Source: a virus (taxonomy: Duplodnaviria > Caudoviricetes). Taken from it: a stretch of 64,000 nucleotides of DNA. How positions within the stretch are numbered: the stretch's first letter is position 1; each line of letters begins with the position of its first letter. The notes under the pieces are model-generated. The model searched no databases. It saw nothing but the letters and a program-made list of their open reading frames with translations, and was not told the DNA's origin. Made by a program: the position numbers and the translations under genes. The stretch is taken from positions 1 through 64,000 of IMG/VR virus record IMGVR_UViG_3300032335_001059, one strand, 5' to 3'. Of this stretch, positions 20,821 to 29,825 are shown in pieces.

Positions 20821-20997
20821 TTATTTTATATACATAAATTCTTTAATCTGTTCTATTGTTAAGTCTGGGTCATTACATTTAATAACACAACCTCTAATAA
20901 TCAAATGTTCATACGTCCATCTGTTATCATAATGATTATAAAACTTTCTCCATAACCATCTTTGGCTTAAAAACCAATTTTCCAAATCTTTTTTCAT
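20821..20997 (-). CDS. Small hypothetical protein (not in ORF track), 58 aa
   Basis: MKKDLENWFLSQRWLWRKFYNHYD...KEFMYIK*, translated by hand; fills an operon gap. Confidence 0.55.
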   Translation of the reverse strand: MKKDLENWFLSQRWLWRKFYNHYDNRWTYEHLIIRGCVIKCNDPDLTIEQIKEFMYIK

Positions 20998-21092
20998 TTT
21001 ATTTCTATACTTATATTGTTTTCTCCAATTACGATTTCGTATTCTACTTCTTCTAAAAGTAATAATGATGCTAATTTGAGAATCTCTTCCAT
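20994..21092 (-). CDS. Very small hypothetical protein, 32 aa
   Basis: MEEILKLASLLLLEEVEYEIVIGENNISIEIK*; ATGA overlap with the next gene. Confidence 0.4.
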   Translation of the reverse strand: MEEILKLASLLLLEEVEYEIVIGENNISIEIK

Positions 21093-21093
21093 A

Positions 21094-21444
21094 TTAAATT
21101 CCTAATTCTTCACATTTATACTTTACCCAATACTCATTATACTCACAAAGACTAGCTATCTTTTCTAATATTCGCTTAGTCATTTGATTACCAGTAGCTT
21201 TAACATAATCTAAAGTCCTAAAATATAAAGCTCCTTTCTTATGACCATTTTCTACTATACTATTATATTCTTTAACAATAAACTTTTCTATATTAACGTC
21301 ATGATTCCTAACATACTTTCTTTTATTTCTATATGTAATGATTCCATCTGCATCTATATAATAAGAGTAATCGCTAAGTATTTCTCCAGTAACAGTATTT
21401 ACTACTTTCCCATCTACAATTTGTAAGTTATTGTCTGTTACCAT
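21094..21444 (-). CDS. Hypothetical protein
   Basis: 116-aa ORF. Confidence 0.55.
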   Translation of the reverse strand: MVTDNNLQIVDGKVVNTVTGEILSDYSYYIDADGIITYRNKRKYVRNHDVNIEKFIVKEYNSIVENGHKKGALYFRTLDYVKATGNQMTKRILEKIASLCEYNEYWVKYKCEELGI

Positions 21445-21889
21445 TATAATAAGAATTTACATTAATAAAATAATTTCCTGAACCTACTTTTCTAAAAATT
21501 AATTTTTTATCTAATAATTCTACTATACCTATATAAATATTAACTTTACTTTTATAACCTGTAAAAGCCATACATTCAATAATATCAATATTTACTTCAT
21601 CTCTTTTAACACCTAAGTTTTTTAAAATATAACACAATACTTTAAGTCCAGCAGTAGATAAATCTTTAAGATTTTGTAAATCTTCAACAAATACTTTCCT
21701 ATATTCTCTAGTATCTATAGTCTTATGTATTTCTTCTCCTAATTCTTGATATTGTTTTTGCTCCCCATTTTCATCTACAAAATAAACTACTTTACCTTTA
21801 CTAATATAATGCAAAGTCTTAATATCTTCTTCTAATATCTTGGAAGGATTCTCACTATAAGATTCAAAATCATTTAATTTCTTGTTCAT
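21428..21889 (-). CDS. RepL-like winged-helix replication protein
   Basis: LSTAGLKVLCYI...ELLDKKLIFR...YFINVNSYYNGNR resembles plasmid RepL; first gene of the leftward block. Confidence 0.65.
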   Translation of the reverse strand: MNKKLNDFESYSENPSKILEEDIKTLHYISKGKVVYFVDENGEQKQYQELGEEIHKTIDTREYRKVFVEDLQNLKDLSTAGLKVLCYILKNLGVKRDEVNIDIIECMAFTGYKSKVNIYIGIVELLDKKLIFRKVGSGNYFINVNSYYNGNRQ

Positions 21890-22274
21890 ATTTCAGTTAC
21901 TGGTTCAAAAATATATCATTATTATATATAAAACAAGTACTTTTAGTATTTTTTAGTTCATTTTATTTAAAAAGTAACTAAAATGAAAACTACGAGTTCA
22001 TAAATCATGAACTGGGTATGTAGCAATAGCAAGGGTTTCCAGCTATTCTCTTCTTAAGTATATTAAGGCCGCTTTATGTTCTTAGAACATAGCGCAATGT
22101 TGCAAAATTTTTTTTAATTTTTTTTTTGAGGTTAGAAATATGAAATCCAAAAATGATTTTGTTTTCATATCCCCCTACCTAAAAACTATATGAAAAAATT
22201 AGTAAGGGTGTGAGAGTGTGTGGCAGGTCAAAAAAACACCCCCGACTCATGAACACACATTTAATATCCCCCTT

Positions 22275-22574
22275 ATGATAAATTTACAAAGTTTAATGTC
22301 AGAATTAAGTAATTTTGGCATCAGAAAAGCATTAACACCTGTTAGAGAGTTCGACGTTGATGCAAATGAATTCAGAACTCTAAAGTTTACTCCTGATGCT
22401 AATTACAGCACAAACAAATTATTTAAAGTAAGTGTAGGTGACTTTACTTTAAAATGTACAGAATCCGTAATGGATGCAATTGCAACTAACGATGTCGCAG
22501 TTGTTGGCTTGTTTGAGTTTGAAAATGACAAGAAGGAATTGGTTAAGTATGCAAGGATTACAGGCGTTAAATAA
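22275..22574 (+). CDS. Hypothetical early protein (start likely 22275)
   Basis: 99 aa, high-expression codon style; the track's GTG extension lies in non-coding-looking G/C-skewed sequence. Confidence 0.6.
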   Translation: MINLQSLMSELSNFGIRKALTPVREFDVDANEFRTLKFTPDANYSTNKLFKVSVGDFTLKCTESVMDAIATNDVAVVGLFEFENDKKELVKYARITGVK

Positions 22575-22813
22575 CGCTTGTAATTCTTCATAGTTATACC
22601 TATCTTTCATAGTTATCCACTCATTTTTCCTTCTACAAGTTATTGATATTCAGTCAAGTATACTGATAATTGTGGAAGGCAACCAATCCCTATTTTAGGT
22701 TGTCTTCCCAATTGTTCTTACAAAACTATAGTAATAGATATAACACTTTCAAAAAATAAACTAGAAAATTAACCATACATTTTCAACCATCAACCAACAA
22801 AAAAATTAACATC

Positions 22814-22987
22814 ATGAAAAACAAAGCAAACTTATTCTTCATCATAGCATTAATCAGCTCACTAACACTAATATTTGTTCAATATATTGACAATCTAGAC
22901 AATCAAAGTCTATTGTTCTTCTCATTTAGTTTAATATTATGTGCAATAACTAGCATATTTTTATTCATTCGAGAAAATGACAAATAA
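22814..22987 (+). CDS. Small two-TM membrane protein, 57 aa (not in ORF track)
   Basis: MKNKANLFFIIALISSLTLIFVQY...SLLFFSFSLILCAITSIFLFIRENDK*, translated by hand. Confidence 0.55.
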   Translation: MKNKANLFFIIALISSLTLIFVQYIDNLDNQSLLFFSFSLILCAITSIFLFIRENDK

Positions 22988-23019
22988 CTCCTAATCCTAA
23001 GCATGATGTAAAACTGCTT

Positions 23020-23690
23020 AATTAATGCACCACAACTCATGTGGATATAAAGACTTCTTAGTTTAGAGGAAACTGGGTTATTGCCTGTTAGTGTAACTCT
23101 TGTAAAATATCTAAGATGTGAAACCACCTGATTATATAAATCTTGGTTTTGGAGTGATGTCCTAAAGGGTTAGAATCCCAATTACTCAGTATTAATCAGC
23201 TCCCAAGGATGAGCAGTTGTAATAGAGACAACAAGTAGCATAAACAGGCAATAATGCGCTATTACAACTGAGTGCAGAATACTAATGCTAAATAGTATAA
23301 ACTAGTTATACATAAAGTAATGTAAAGCCATTACAACACAATAAGATGTGTTCAGTTGTATAATGAATAACAACCTGCAAAGTCGTAAAACATTGACACG
23401 ACTATAAATAATAATGTCAGATGTGAGTCTGAATGTGTTGTTCCCTTGAGAAAGGAATGTATTTGGAAAGAGTGCTAATAAACCACTACAACACAAATGA
23501 GTTCTCAGCAAGTAGTTAACCAATAAACAGAAATGTTTAAATCTATATGGGTTTGGTGAAATCATATATTAACTACGTGACCCTACTCTTATATGTTCCA
23601 ATAAGATTGAAGTCTGATGGAAATCGTCAAACCGTAAAACGTAAAGATGGACTTAGAAAAGCTAAGTAAGAAAGAGAGTGCTAAACAAAA
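23020..23690 (+). ncRNA. Candidate large structured non-coding RNA (boundaries approximate, strand inferred from GNRA loops)
   Basis: More than 12 helices, e.g. 23214-25/23259-70 (12 bp), 23078-89/23243-54 (12 bp, crossing), 23306-12/23357-63 three-way junction; GNRA loops; no credible ORF. Confidence 0.65.
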
Positions 23691-23730
23691 ATCAATTAAA
23701 GTCAATTAAAAACAATTAACAAACAAAACA

Positions 23731-24198
23731 ATGGAATTAAAATTAAATTCATGGTATGTATGGTTATGGAATTATACATACAACGAAAAGTTACCAAGTA
23801 ACTTATGCCCTTTCTTTTGGAAATTAGTATTAGCAATAATATTATTTATACCAAATTTTATTTTACGTTTACCTTTAGTCATAGGAAGTATTTTTAATAA
23901 AAAAATTGAAAAAGAATCTAGTGCATTAGGTGTAATTATATGGCTTCTATTATGTGCTTTTACAATTACAACATATACTTTGTTTCATTTTTTTATGTAT
24001 TTATTTGATGCTTATAGTTATGATAGTGCAGCAGCTAGTTGTGGTGGTATAATTTTAGTATGTTTAGGAATAAGTATAATATATTATTATTTATGTGATA
24101 AATCTTATTATTTAGAAAATAGTTTAAAAAATAATATTATAATAAATTACAGTAAATCAGTTTATAGTAAATATTGTCCTAAAATTAATTGGAAATAG
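23731..24198 (+). CDS. Membrane protein (3-4 TM)
   Basis: 155 aa with hydrophobic segments. Confidence 0.7.
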   Translation: MELKLNSWYVWLWNYTYNEKLPSNLCPFFWKLVLAIILFIPNFILRLPLVIGSIFNKKIEKESSALGVIIWLLLCAFTITTYTLFHFFMYLFDAYSYDSAAASCGGIILVCLGISIIYYYLCDKSYYLENSLKNNIIINYSKSVYSKYCPKINWK

Positions 24199-24443
24199 TT
24201 ATGAAAAAAGAACTAAAAGATTTAGTAAAAGGTGATAAAGTTAGAGTAATTGCTGAAGCTAAATATAATAAAAATGCAGATTATAATCAATTTAAAATTG
24301 GTGATATTTATGTTCTTGAAGATTACTGTAATACTTATGTAAAAACTACTTGCGATAAAAGATTATCTATAGTTAATAGCAGTTCATATAATATTGAATG
24401 TGAACATTACGATGAAATAGAAAATAATTATGAAATATACTGA
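24189..24443 (+). CDS. Hypothetical protein ending in ENNYEIY
   Basis: 84 aa. Confidence 0.6.
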   Translation: MEIVMKKELKDLVKGDKVRVIAEAKYNKNADYNQFKIGDIYVLEDYCNTYVKTTCDKRLSIVNSSSYNIECEHYDEIENNYEIY

Positions 24444-24699
24444 TTTAGACTTAAACGATGAAACTCAAGTAATAGCTTGGTTAAAAGAAAACTATCCTAT
24501 AAAAACTAAAGTAATTTCTCCTAGCACTGGTAAGCATACTTTTATTCACAACACGAGTGAATTTGAGAAATCTACTAGTTATGATAATTCTTATATAGTA
24601 AATGGTATATTTATAATTTATCATAGTAAACTTACAGAAACTCTACCATTATGTGATTTAGAACCACAACACTTAGAAAACAATTACGAAATTTATTAA
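24430..24699 (+). CDS. Hypothetical protein ending in ENNYEIY
   Basis: 89 aa. Confidence 0.6.
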   Translation: MKYTDLDLNDETQVIAWLKENYPIKTKVISPSTGKHTFIHNTSEFEKSTSYDNSYIVNGIFIIYHSKLTETLPLCDLEPQHLENNYEIY

Positions 24700-24718
24700 C
24701 TATTTAAAATAAAAAAAC

Positions 24719-25141
24719 ATGACAACACTAGTAAAAACATCAGTATCTTCACAATTAGAAGAAGTTACTAAAAAATTAGAAAAATTACAAGCTATTCACG
24801 AATCTGTATATAAAACAGGTAGTAGTTTTGCACCAACAGGATTTAATGCTATTCAAAGTGAAACAAACATTGAAACCTTAATTAAGATAGCTTCAGCTCA
24901 AATAGGTAAAGAAAGAAGTTATGAAGAAGCTGCAAAAGAGTTAGGATTGAGTCAATATCCTGTTTACAAAGAAAAAGGTTATACTAAAGATGAAATCATT
25001 ACTGATATTAAACTTAGAATTGCAATTCTTACAACTGAAAACAAACGTAATGAGTTGTTAGAAATTAAACGTGGATTTGAAGAGTTAATGGATAAAGATG
25101 ATAAATTAGCTTTATTGAATCAAAGAATAGCTAATCTTTAA
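24719..25141 (+). CDS. Helical/coiled-coil hypothetical protein
   Basis: 140 aa, followed by a terminator. Confidence 0.7.
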   Translation: MTTLVKTSVSSQLEEVTKKLEKLQAIHESVYKTGSSFAPTGFNAIQSETNIETLIKIASAQIGKERSYEEAAKELGLSQYPVYKEKGYTKDEIITDIKLRIAILTTENKRNELLEIKRGFEELMDKDDKLALLNQRIANL

Positions 25142-25150
25142 ACTAACAAT

Positions 25151-25180
25151 AAAAGGAGAATTAATTTTCTCCTTTTATTA
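25151..25180 (+). terminator. Intrinsic terminator
   Basis: aaaaggagaa-ttaatt-ttctcctttt. Confidence 0.7.
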
Positions 25181-25199
25181 TTAAATTAATTAAAAAGAT

Positions 25200-25418
25200 A
25201 TGAAATACATTATCGCAATTATTTACACTATAACATTAGTGGTATTTCCTTTATTTATCATACCTTTTTTGCAATGGTATAAGTTAACATTTTGTCAACC
25301 TGATACAGAATTATATCCTTTTTATATGATAATAGCTTTTATCTCAATAGGAATGCTAATTATGACTATAATGAGATGGGTTGTAGCATTAGCAAATGAT
25401 AAACATATAAATAGTTAA
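25200..25418 (+). CDS. Small membrane protein
   Basis: 72 aa, two hydrophobic segments. Confidence 0.6.
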   Translation: MKYIIAIIYTITLVVFPLFIIPFLQWYKLTFCQPDTELYPFYMIIAFISIGMLIMTIMRWVVALANDKHINS

Positions 25419-25420
25419 CT

Positions 25421-25798
25421 ATGAAAAACATACAATCAACACACGCAACATTTGAACAATCTAAATTGCTTAAAGAGAAAGGATTTAATATATCTTGTAA
25501 AGAAGGGTGGTATGTAGCTCAATTAGACCCTTATAAAGGTCAATTATTTCCTGATGATACAGGAGGTAAACACGAAATAGAAAAACCAGAACAATGGCAA
25601 GTAGTTGAATGGTTAAGAGTTGAAAAGGGTATTTGGGTATGTGTAAATATAAACGGTTTAGATAAACTATTTACTTTTGATATTCATAACTACAAGCAAA
25701 AAGGTTGTTCGTTAGAGTCTATCCTCGATGGCGGGTTCATAACACCACAAGAAGCTTACTCAGCAGCATTTGATTACATTTTAAAAGAATTGATATGA
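25421..25798 (+). CDS. Hypothetical protein, paralogue of 26612..26998
   Basis: TFEQSKLLKEKGF...QVVEWLRVEKG...TPQEAYSAAF. Confidence 0.7.
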   Translation: MKNIQSTHATFEQSKLLKEKGFNISCKEGWYVAQLDPYKGQLFPDDTGGKHEIEKPEQWQVVEWLRVEKGIWVCVNINGLDKLFTFDIHNYKQKGCSLESILDGGFITPQEAYSAAFDYILKELI

Positions 25799-26610
25799 AA
25801 AACATAAATTTGTTACCAACGGATAAACCAAGTAGGTTATGGTTGTATAAAAACTTTGATAATTTACTAACTGGATTAACAGTTGAAAAATCAAAAGATA
25901 TTCATCCTCAACACATCTACATCACTTCTGATGAAGAAATTAAAGAAGGGGATTGGGTTAAACTATTTGTGAAACACATAAATAAAGAATGGGTTCATAA
26001 AATAACCAAAGAAGATTTACTTTTATACTCTGATTTTAACAATGAAGGTTCTAAAATCACCCTAACAACAGACCAAAACTTAATCAAAGATGGTGTACAA
26101 GCTATTGATGATGAGTTTTTAGAATGGTTTGTTAAGAATCCAAGTTGTGAGAGTGTTGAGACTGATTTAGTTCCTGTAAATTATTTTGGTTCAGAAACTA
26201 TAGTTAATAGTTATGGGTTTTATAAATTTATTTACAAAATCATCATTCCACAAGAAGAACCTAAAAGAAAAATAGATACTTGTTATAATTTTAATATAGA
26301 AATTGGTTGTGTACAAAATATTTGTAGATGTGAACAAGAAGAACCTAAACAAGAAACTATTGAAGAAGCCTTAAATTATCAACTTAATTTTATACACGAT
26401 GTGGTTAGAAATAAAGATTTTGATTTAGGTTTTCAAACAGGTGGAATATTCGGTGCTAAATGGCAAGCAGAAAGAAGGTATAGTGAGGAAGAGGTTTATA
26501 AATTACTATTAAAACATCAATCTGATTATAGAAGCTATGTAAGAAATTCATATCCGTTAACTTGGAGTTTTGATATTAAAGATTGGTTTGAAAAATATAA
26601 AAAGAAATAA
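25795..26610 (+). CDS. Mosaic hypothetical protein
   Basis: 271 aa; HIYITSDEEIKEGDW, AIDDEFLEWFVKNPSCE, repeated EEPK. Confidence 0.7.
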   Translation: MKNINLLPTDKPSRLWLYKNFDNLLTGLTVEKSKDIHPQHIYITSDEEIKEGDWVKLFVKHINKEWVHKITKEDLLLYSDFNNEGSKITLTTDQNLIKDGVQAIDDEFLEWFVKNPSCESVETDLVPVNYFGSETIVNSYGFYKFIYKIIIPQEEPKRKIDTCYNFNIEIGCVQNICRCEQEEPKQETIEEALNYQLNFIHDVVRNKDFDLGFQTGGIFGAKWQAERRYSEEEVYKLLLKHQSDYRSYVRNSYPLTWSFDIKDWFEKYKKK

Positions 26611-26611
26611 T

Positions 26612-26998
26612 ATGGAAATAAAAAACGAGTTCATTCCATATGAACAAGCATTAGAGTTAAAACAACTTGGATTTGATGAACCTTGTTTGGCGCATTGGTA
26701 TAATGAAACACCAACAAACTCAGAAGGTCAGTGTCTTGTTTATTATAAAAAGCCTTGGGATAATCAAAAGATTATAAAAGGAGTTATCAGAGATTATTAT
26801 TTTGCACCACTCTACCAACAAGCATTTAGATGGTTTAGAGAGAAGTATGGTTACTTATCTAATATCCATGATTTTAATGGAAATTTTAAAGCTACTTTAA
26901 GTGGTAATTGTAATTGGTTAGGAAGTTGGACAAAAACTTACGAAGAAGCAGAACTTGCTTGTTTAATTAAATTAATTGAAATAGTAAAAAATAAATGA
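26612..26998 (+). CDS. Hypothetical protein, paralogue of 25421..25798 (start likely 26612)
   Basis: IPYEQALELKQLGF...YQQAFRWFREKYG...TYEEAELAC. Confidence 0.7.
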   Translation: MEIKNEFIPYEQALELKQLGFDEPCLAHWYNETPTNSEGQCLVYYKKPWDNQKIIKGVIRDYYFAPLYQQAFRWFREKYGYLSNIHDFNGNFKATLSGNCNWLGSWTKTYEEAELACLIKLIEIVKNK

Positions 26999-27222
26999 AA
27001 GAAAAAAATCAAAAAAAAGTAGCTGGATTTATATGTATATTGTTTTTAGTAATAACAGTTATTATTGGTATAATAGCTGTTTCACCACAAATGTTAGGAC
27101 TTAGATTTTATACAATAGTTCAGTCAGTGTTATTATGGATTACAACTTTTGCATCATTAACAGTATGTTTTTTGTATGCAGAAGCTTGGTTTTCCTCTAA
27201 TCATCATTATTTTGATGATTAA
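26995..27222 (+). CDS. Small membrane protein
   Basis: 75 aa, two TM segments. Confidence 0.6.
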   Translation: MKEKNQKKVAGFICILFLVITVIIGIIAVSPQMLGLRFYTIVQSVLLWITTFASLTVCFLYAEAWFSSNHHYFDD

Positions 27223-27330
27223 AAGATAAACTAGGAGGACACTAGTTTTTAATTTAAAATAAATAATAAAACAAAAAATCAAAAACTTAAAAAAAAGTGT
27301 TTGATTTGTCTAATAATTTATAATTCACGG

Positions 27331-27362
27331 AAAAAGCATGGGTAGTCCACCATGCTTTTTTT
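27331..27362 (+). terminator. Intrinsic terminator
   Basis: aaaaagcatgg-gtagtcca-ccatgcttttttt. Confidence 0.75.
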
Positions 27363-27477
27363 AATTTTTACACACAAAACCTAAAAAAATATTGTTTTAT
27401 TTCTATCAACTTAAAAGATACAATCTGGTATTTTAAATGAGTCAGATAAATAAACAATTAGATTAATTTCTAAAATT

Positions 27478-27648
27478 ATGACTGAAGAACAAAAAACAAC
27501 AAACAAAATTGCAAAAGTTGCAAAACAAATGCGTAGCACACCGCAAGGAAAATCATTGAAAAATGAATTTATTCGTAGTATTTTAAATCATTCAAACAAT
27601 CTGCCTCAATGGGGAGGATTAAATGTTAAACTTTATGAAAAAAATTAA
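27478..27648 (+). CDS. Small hypothetical protein, 56 aa (not in track)
   Basis: MTEEQKTTNKIAKVAKQMRS...LYEKN*, preceded by ttctaaaattATG like other genes. Confidence 0.55.
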   Translation: MTEEQKTTNKIAKVAKQMRSTPQGKSLKNEFIRSILNHSNNLPQWGGLNVKLYEKN

Positions 27649-27781
27649 AATTTTTACCTTAAACATCAGTACATATGGTGTATTTCAAGCAATTAAATCT
27701 TATTTAATGCAAAAGTATGTAGTTTATACTGCTAAACTTGTAAGAAATACTGCATATTTTAAAATTGGTTACTCAATTTAA
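27635..27781 (+). CDS. Small hypothetical protein, 48 aa (not in track)
   Basis: MKKIKIFTLNISTYGVFQAIKSYL...KIGYSI*. Confidence 0.45.
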   Translation: MKKIKIFTLNISTYGVFQAIKSYLMQKYVVYTAKLVRNTAYFKIGYSI

Positions 27782-27796
27782 AACTAAATATACCTC

Positions 27797-28000
27797 TTGA
27801 AAAAGAGGTATATTTTAATTAACTTTACAATGAAGGTTACAAGTCATCTATTTCTAATTCAAGCTTTTGGGCATGATATAGAAAAAATCAAAAATTGGTT
27901 ACTTCAAAACAATATTGAAAAAATATATGTAAATGAAAACATTGAAGTAAACACACAAAATTATTTATCTAACTTTTTAACTTATAGTCATATAAAATGA
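27797..28000 (+). CDS. Hypothetical protein
   Basis: 67-aa ORF, start uncertain. Confidence 0.4.
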   Translation: MKKRYILINFTMKVTSHLFLIQAFGHDIEKIKNWLLQNNIEKIYVNENIEVNTQNYLSNFLTYSHIK

Positions 28001-28329
28001 ACAAACCACTAAGATATTTACGTAATCCTGATGGAACGCCAATATTAGAAGACAATCAAAAACAATATACTGAACCTTTAACTTTAGGATTTAATCCAAA
28101 CAAAGGACCTAACAGAAGACAAAGAAGACAATATTTACAAAAAGCAATTAGAAATCCTTTATATGGAATTTCTACATATAGTAAATATATTCAATTAGTT
28201 CCTGAAACAATTAAAGATGAAGAAGGTATTGTTGTAAAACTAGGTAGAATTTTAAATAACATTAAAAGAAAATTTAGTTATACAGGTAAAATAAAAGTTA
28301 TTGACCATTATCCATATAAAACAAGATGA
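27997..28329 (+). CDS. Basic hypothetical protein
   Basis: 110 aa, PNRRQRR motif. Confidence 0.6.
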   Translation: MNKPLRYLRNPDGTPILEDNQKQYTEPLTLGFNPNKGPNRRQRRQYLQKAIRNPLYGISTYSKYIQLVPETIKDEEGIVVKLGRILNNIKRKFSYTGKIKVIDHYPYKTR

Positions 28330-28553
28330 GTACTTTAACAAGAAAAAAGACAGTAAATGATTTAAAATCAGTATGGTATAACAAAAGTAAGACTGCTTCC
28401 ATTACTGAATTAAAAATTATTTCTCCTTTAAATCAAACAGAAGTTTTTATGCCAGCACATAAAACTTTAAAATCAAAATTTAATCAAATCGTTTATCCAA
28501 AATTTGTTTTGAAAAAAATAAGTTTTATTAAACAAAAAACATTTAAATTCTAA
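28326..28553 (+). CDS. Basic hypothetical protein
   Basis: 75 aa. Confidence 0.5.
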   Translation: MSTLTRKKTVNDLKSVWYNKSKTASITELKIISPLNQTEVFMPAHKTLKSKFNQIVYPKFVLKKISFIKQKTFKF

Positions 28554-28557
28554 AATT

Positions 28558-28902
28558 ATGAATTACGTACAAAGATTACAACAATCTAAAGATTCTAAAG
28601 ATGCAAGCAAAGCTTTAATGAATGCTCGTGAAGCTCATTTACAATTAACTAAAGATGCTTTAGATGCTGAAAAACGCAATTTAGCTGCTGAAAGTAGAGT
28701 TGAAATGCTAAAAGGTCAATTTCCTATTGATACTCAAGCTATTCTTGAAGCACAATATGAAGCTGAAGCTGCTAGTAGAAACTTTTTAGACCTTATTGAA
28801 TTAGGTGCTGAATTGTTTCCAGAAAAAACAAAAACGTCTGTAAAAGAAGAAGCACCTGCTGCTCCTAAAAAAACAGTTAAAAGACGTACAACTAAAAGAT
28901 AA
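28558..28902 (+). CDS. Coiled-coil protein with histone-like basic tail
   Basis: 114 aa; C-terminus APAAPKKTVKRRTTKR. Confidence 0.7.
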   Translation: MNYVQRLQQSKDSKDASKALMNAREAHLQLTKDALDAEKRNLAAESRVEMLKGQFPIDTQAILEAQYEAEAASRNFLDLIELGAELFPEKTKTSVKEEAPAAPKKTVKRRTTKR

Positions 28903-28909
28903 TTAATTT

Positions 28910-28965
28910 AAAACTTTGTGTTTCATAGAAGATATATAGATTAGAAACACAAAGTTTTATTTTAT
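28910..28965 (+). terminator. Long hairpin / terminator
   Basis: 15-bp stem aaaactttgtgtttc/gaaacacaaagtttt plus T-rich tail. Confidence 0.65.
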
Positions 28966-29010
28966 CTAAAAAAACTAATAACAATTAATAACAATTTAAA
29001 AATCAAAATT

Positions 29011-29445
29011 ATGAATTTAATTCAAGTCGTATCAGTTTCGGAAATTAAAACTGCAAAAAACAATCGTCCTTACAAAGTAGTAGTATTTAAGGAATTAGAC
29101 AAAACTATCAAATTAAATGGTAGAGAGGTTACTGTTAAATCTAATAACAATAACAGAACAAGAAATATCTGGGGTGAAGGTCATACAGAAGATGGTGTAT
29201 TAATTAAAGCTGATGCTTTGTTTAGCAACATTACTGTAAATGATATCGTTGAAGGTTCTTTTCATACCTTCCAAACAACTCCTTATGCTATTGGTGACAA
29301 ACAAGTTACTCAATATTCTTGTGTTGTATTTAGTAATGAAGATGCTGTAACTTACGCAAACCGTAATTTGAAGCAAAATGATGCAACTGTTTTAAACTCT
29401 GAAGCTGTTAGTTTAGCTCCAGCAGAAACAGAAAGAGCATTTTAA
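29011..29445 (+). CDS. Putative OB-fold ssDNA-binding-like protein
   Basis: 144 aa, beta-rich, KTAKNNRPYKVVVF; flanked by terminators; function is inference. Confidence 0.45.
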   Translation: MNLIQVVSVSEIKTAKNNRPYKVVVFKELDKTIKLNGREVTVKSNNNNRTRNIWGEGHTEDGVLIKADALFSNITVNDIVEGSFHTFQTTPYAIGDKQVTQYSCVVFSNEDAVTYANRNLKQNDATVLNSEAVSLAPAETERAF

Positions 29446-29449
29446 TTAT

Positions 29450-29479
29450 AAAAGGGGATTAATTTCCCCTTTTATTTTT
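29450..29479 (+). terminator. Intrinsic terminator
   Basis: aaaagggga-ttaatt-tcccctttt. Confidence 0.7.
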
Positions 29480-29511
29480 CTATTTTAAATAACCCTTAAA
29501 TAAAAAATTAG

Positions 29512-29820
29512 ATGGAAGGCGTAGAAATACAAGCAAAAGATAGTGAAAATCAACTTCTTTGGAAAAAGAAAGATGGTAGCTTAGTAAATATTAGTACATT
29601 AAGTGATAGTGAATTAATAGAAGCTAGAAAAATATCAAGTTCTTTAATGAATAAATATTACAATTTTAAAGAAAAAGCTCTTTATCAAGTAAAAAAATGT
29701 GCCGATATTTGCGATTTACACACAGAATTGTTGGAACAATTAGATGAAGAACTAATTGTAAGAAAAAAAGTTTATGCTAAAAAAGCAGAATTGCTTATGA
29801 AAGCTGAACAAGATATATAA
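29512..29820 (+). CDS. Hypothetical protein
   Basis: 102 aa. Confidence 0.6.
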   Translation: MEGVEIQAKDSENQLLWKKKDGSLVNISTLSDSELIEARKISSSLMNKYYNFKEKALYQVKKCADICDLHTELLEQLDEELIVRKKVYAKKAELLMKAEQDI

Positions 29821-29825
29821 AATTT

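Noticed and set aside
22903-23565. Minus-strand ORFs 22903..23127 and 23302..23565
   Set aside because: Against the local transcription direction, atypical composition, and they overlap the densely base-paired ncRNA candidate
23470-23684. CIRCE heat-shock operators (GAGTGCTAA twice)
   Set aside because: Only half-sites, in direct orientation 206 nt apart, not the TTAGCACTC-N9-GAGTGCTAA inverted repeat
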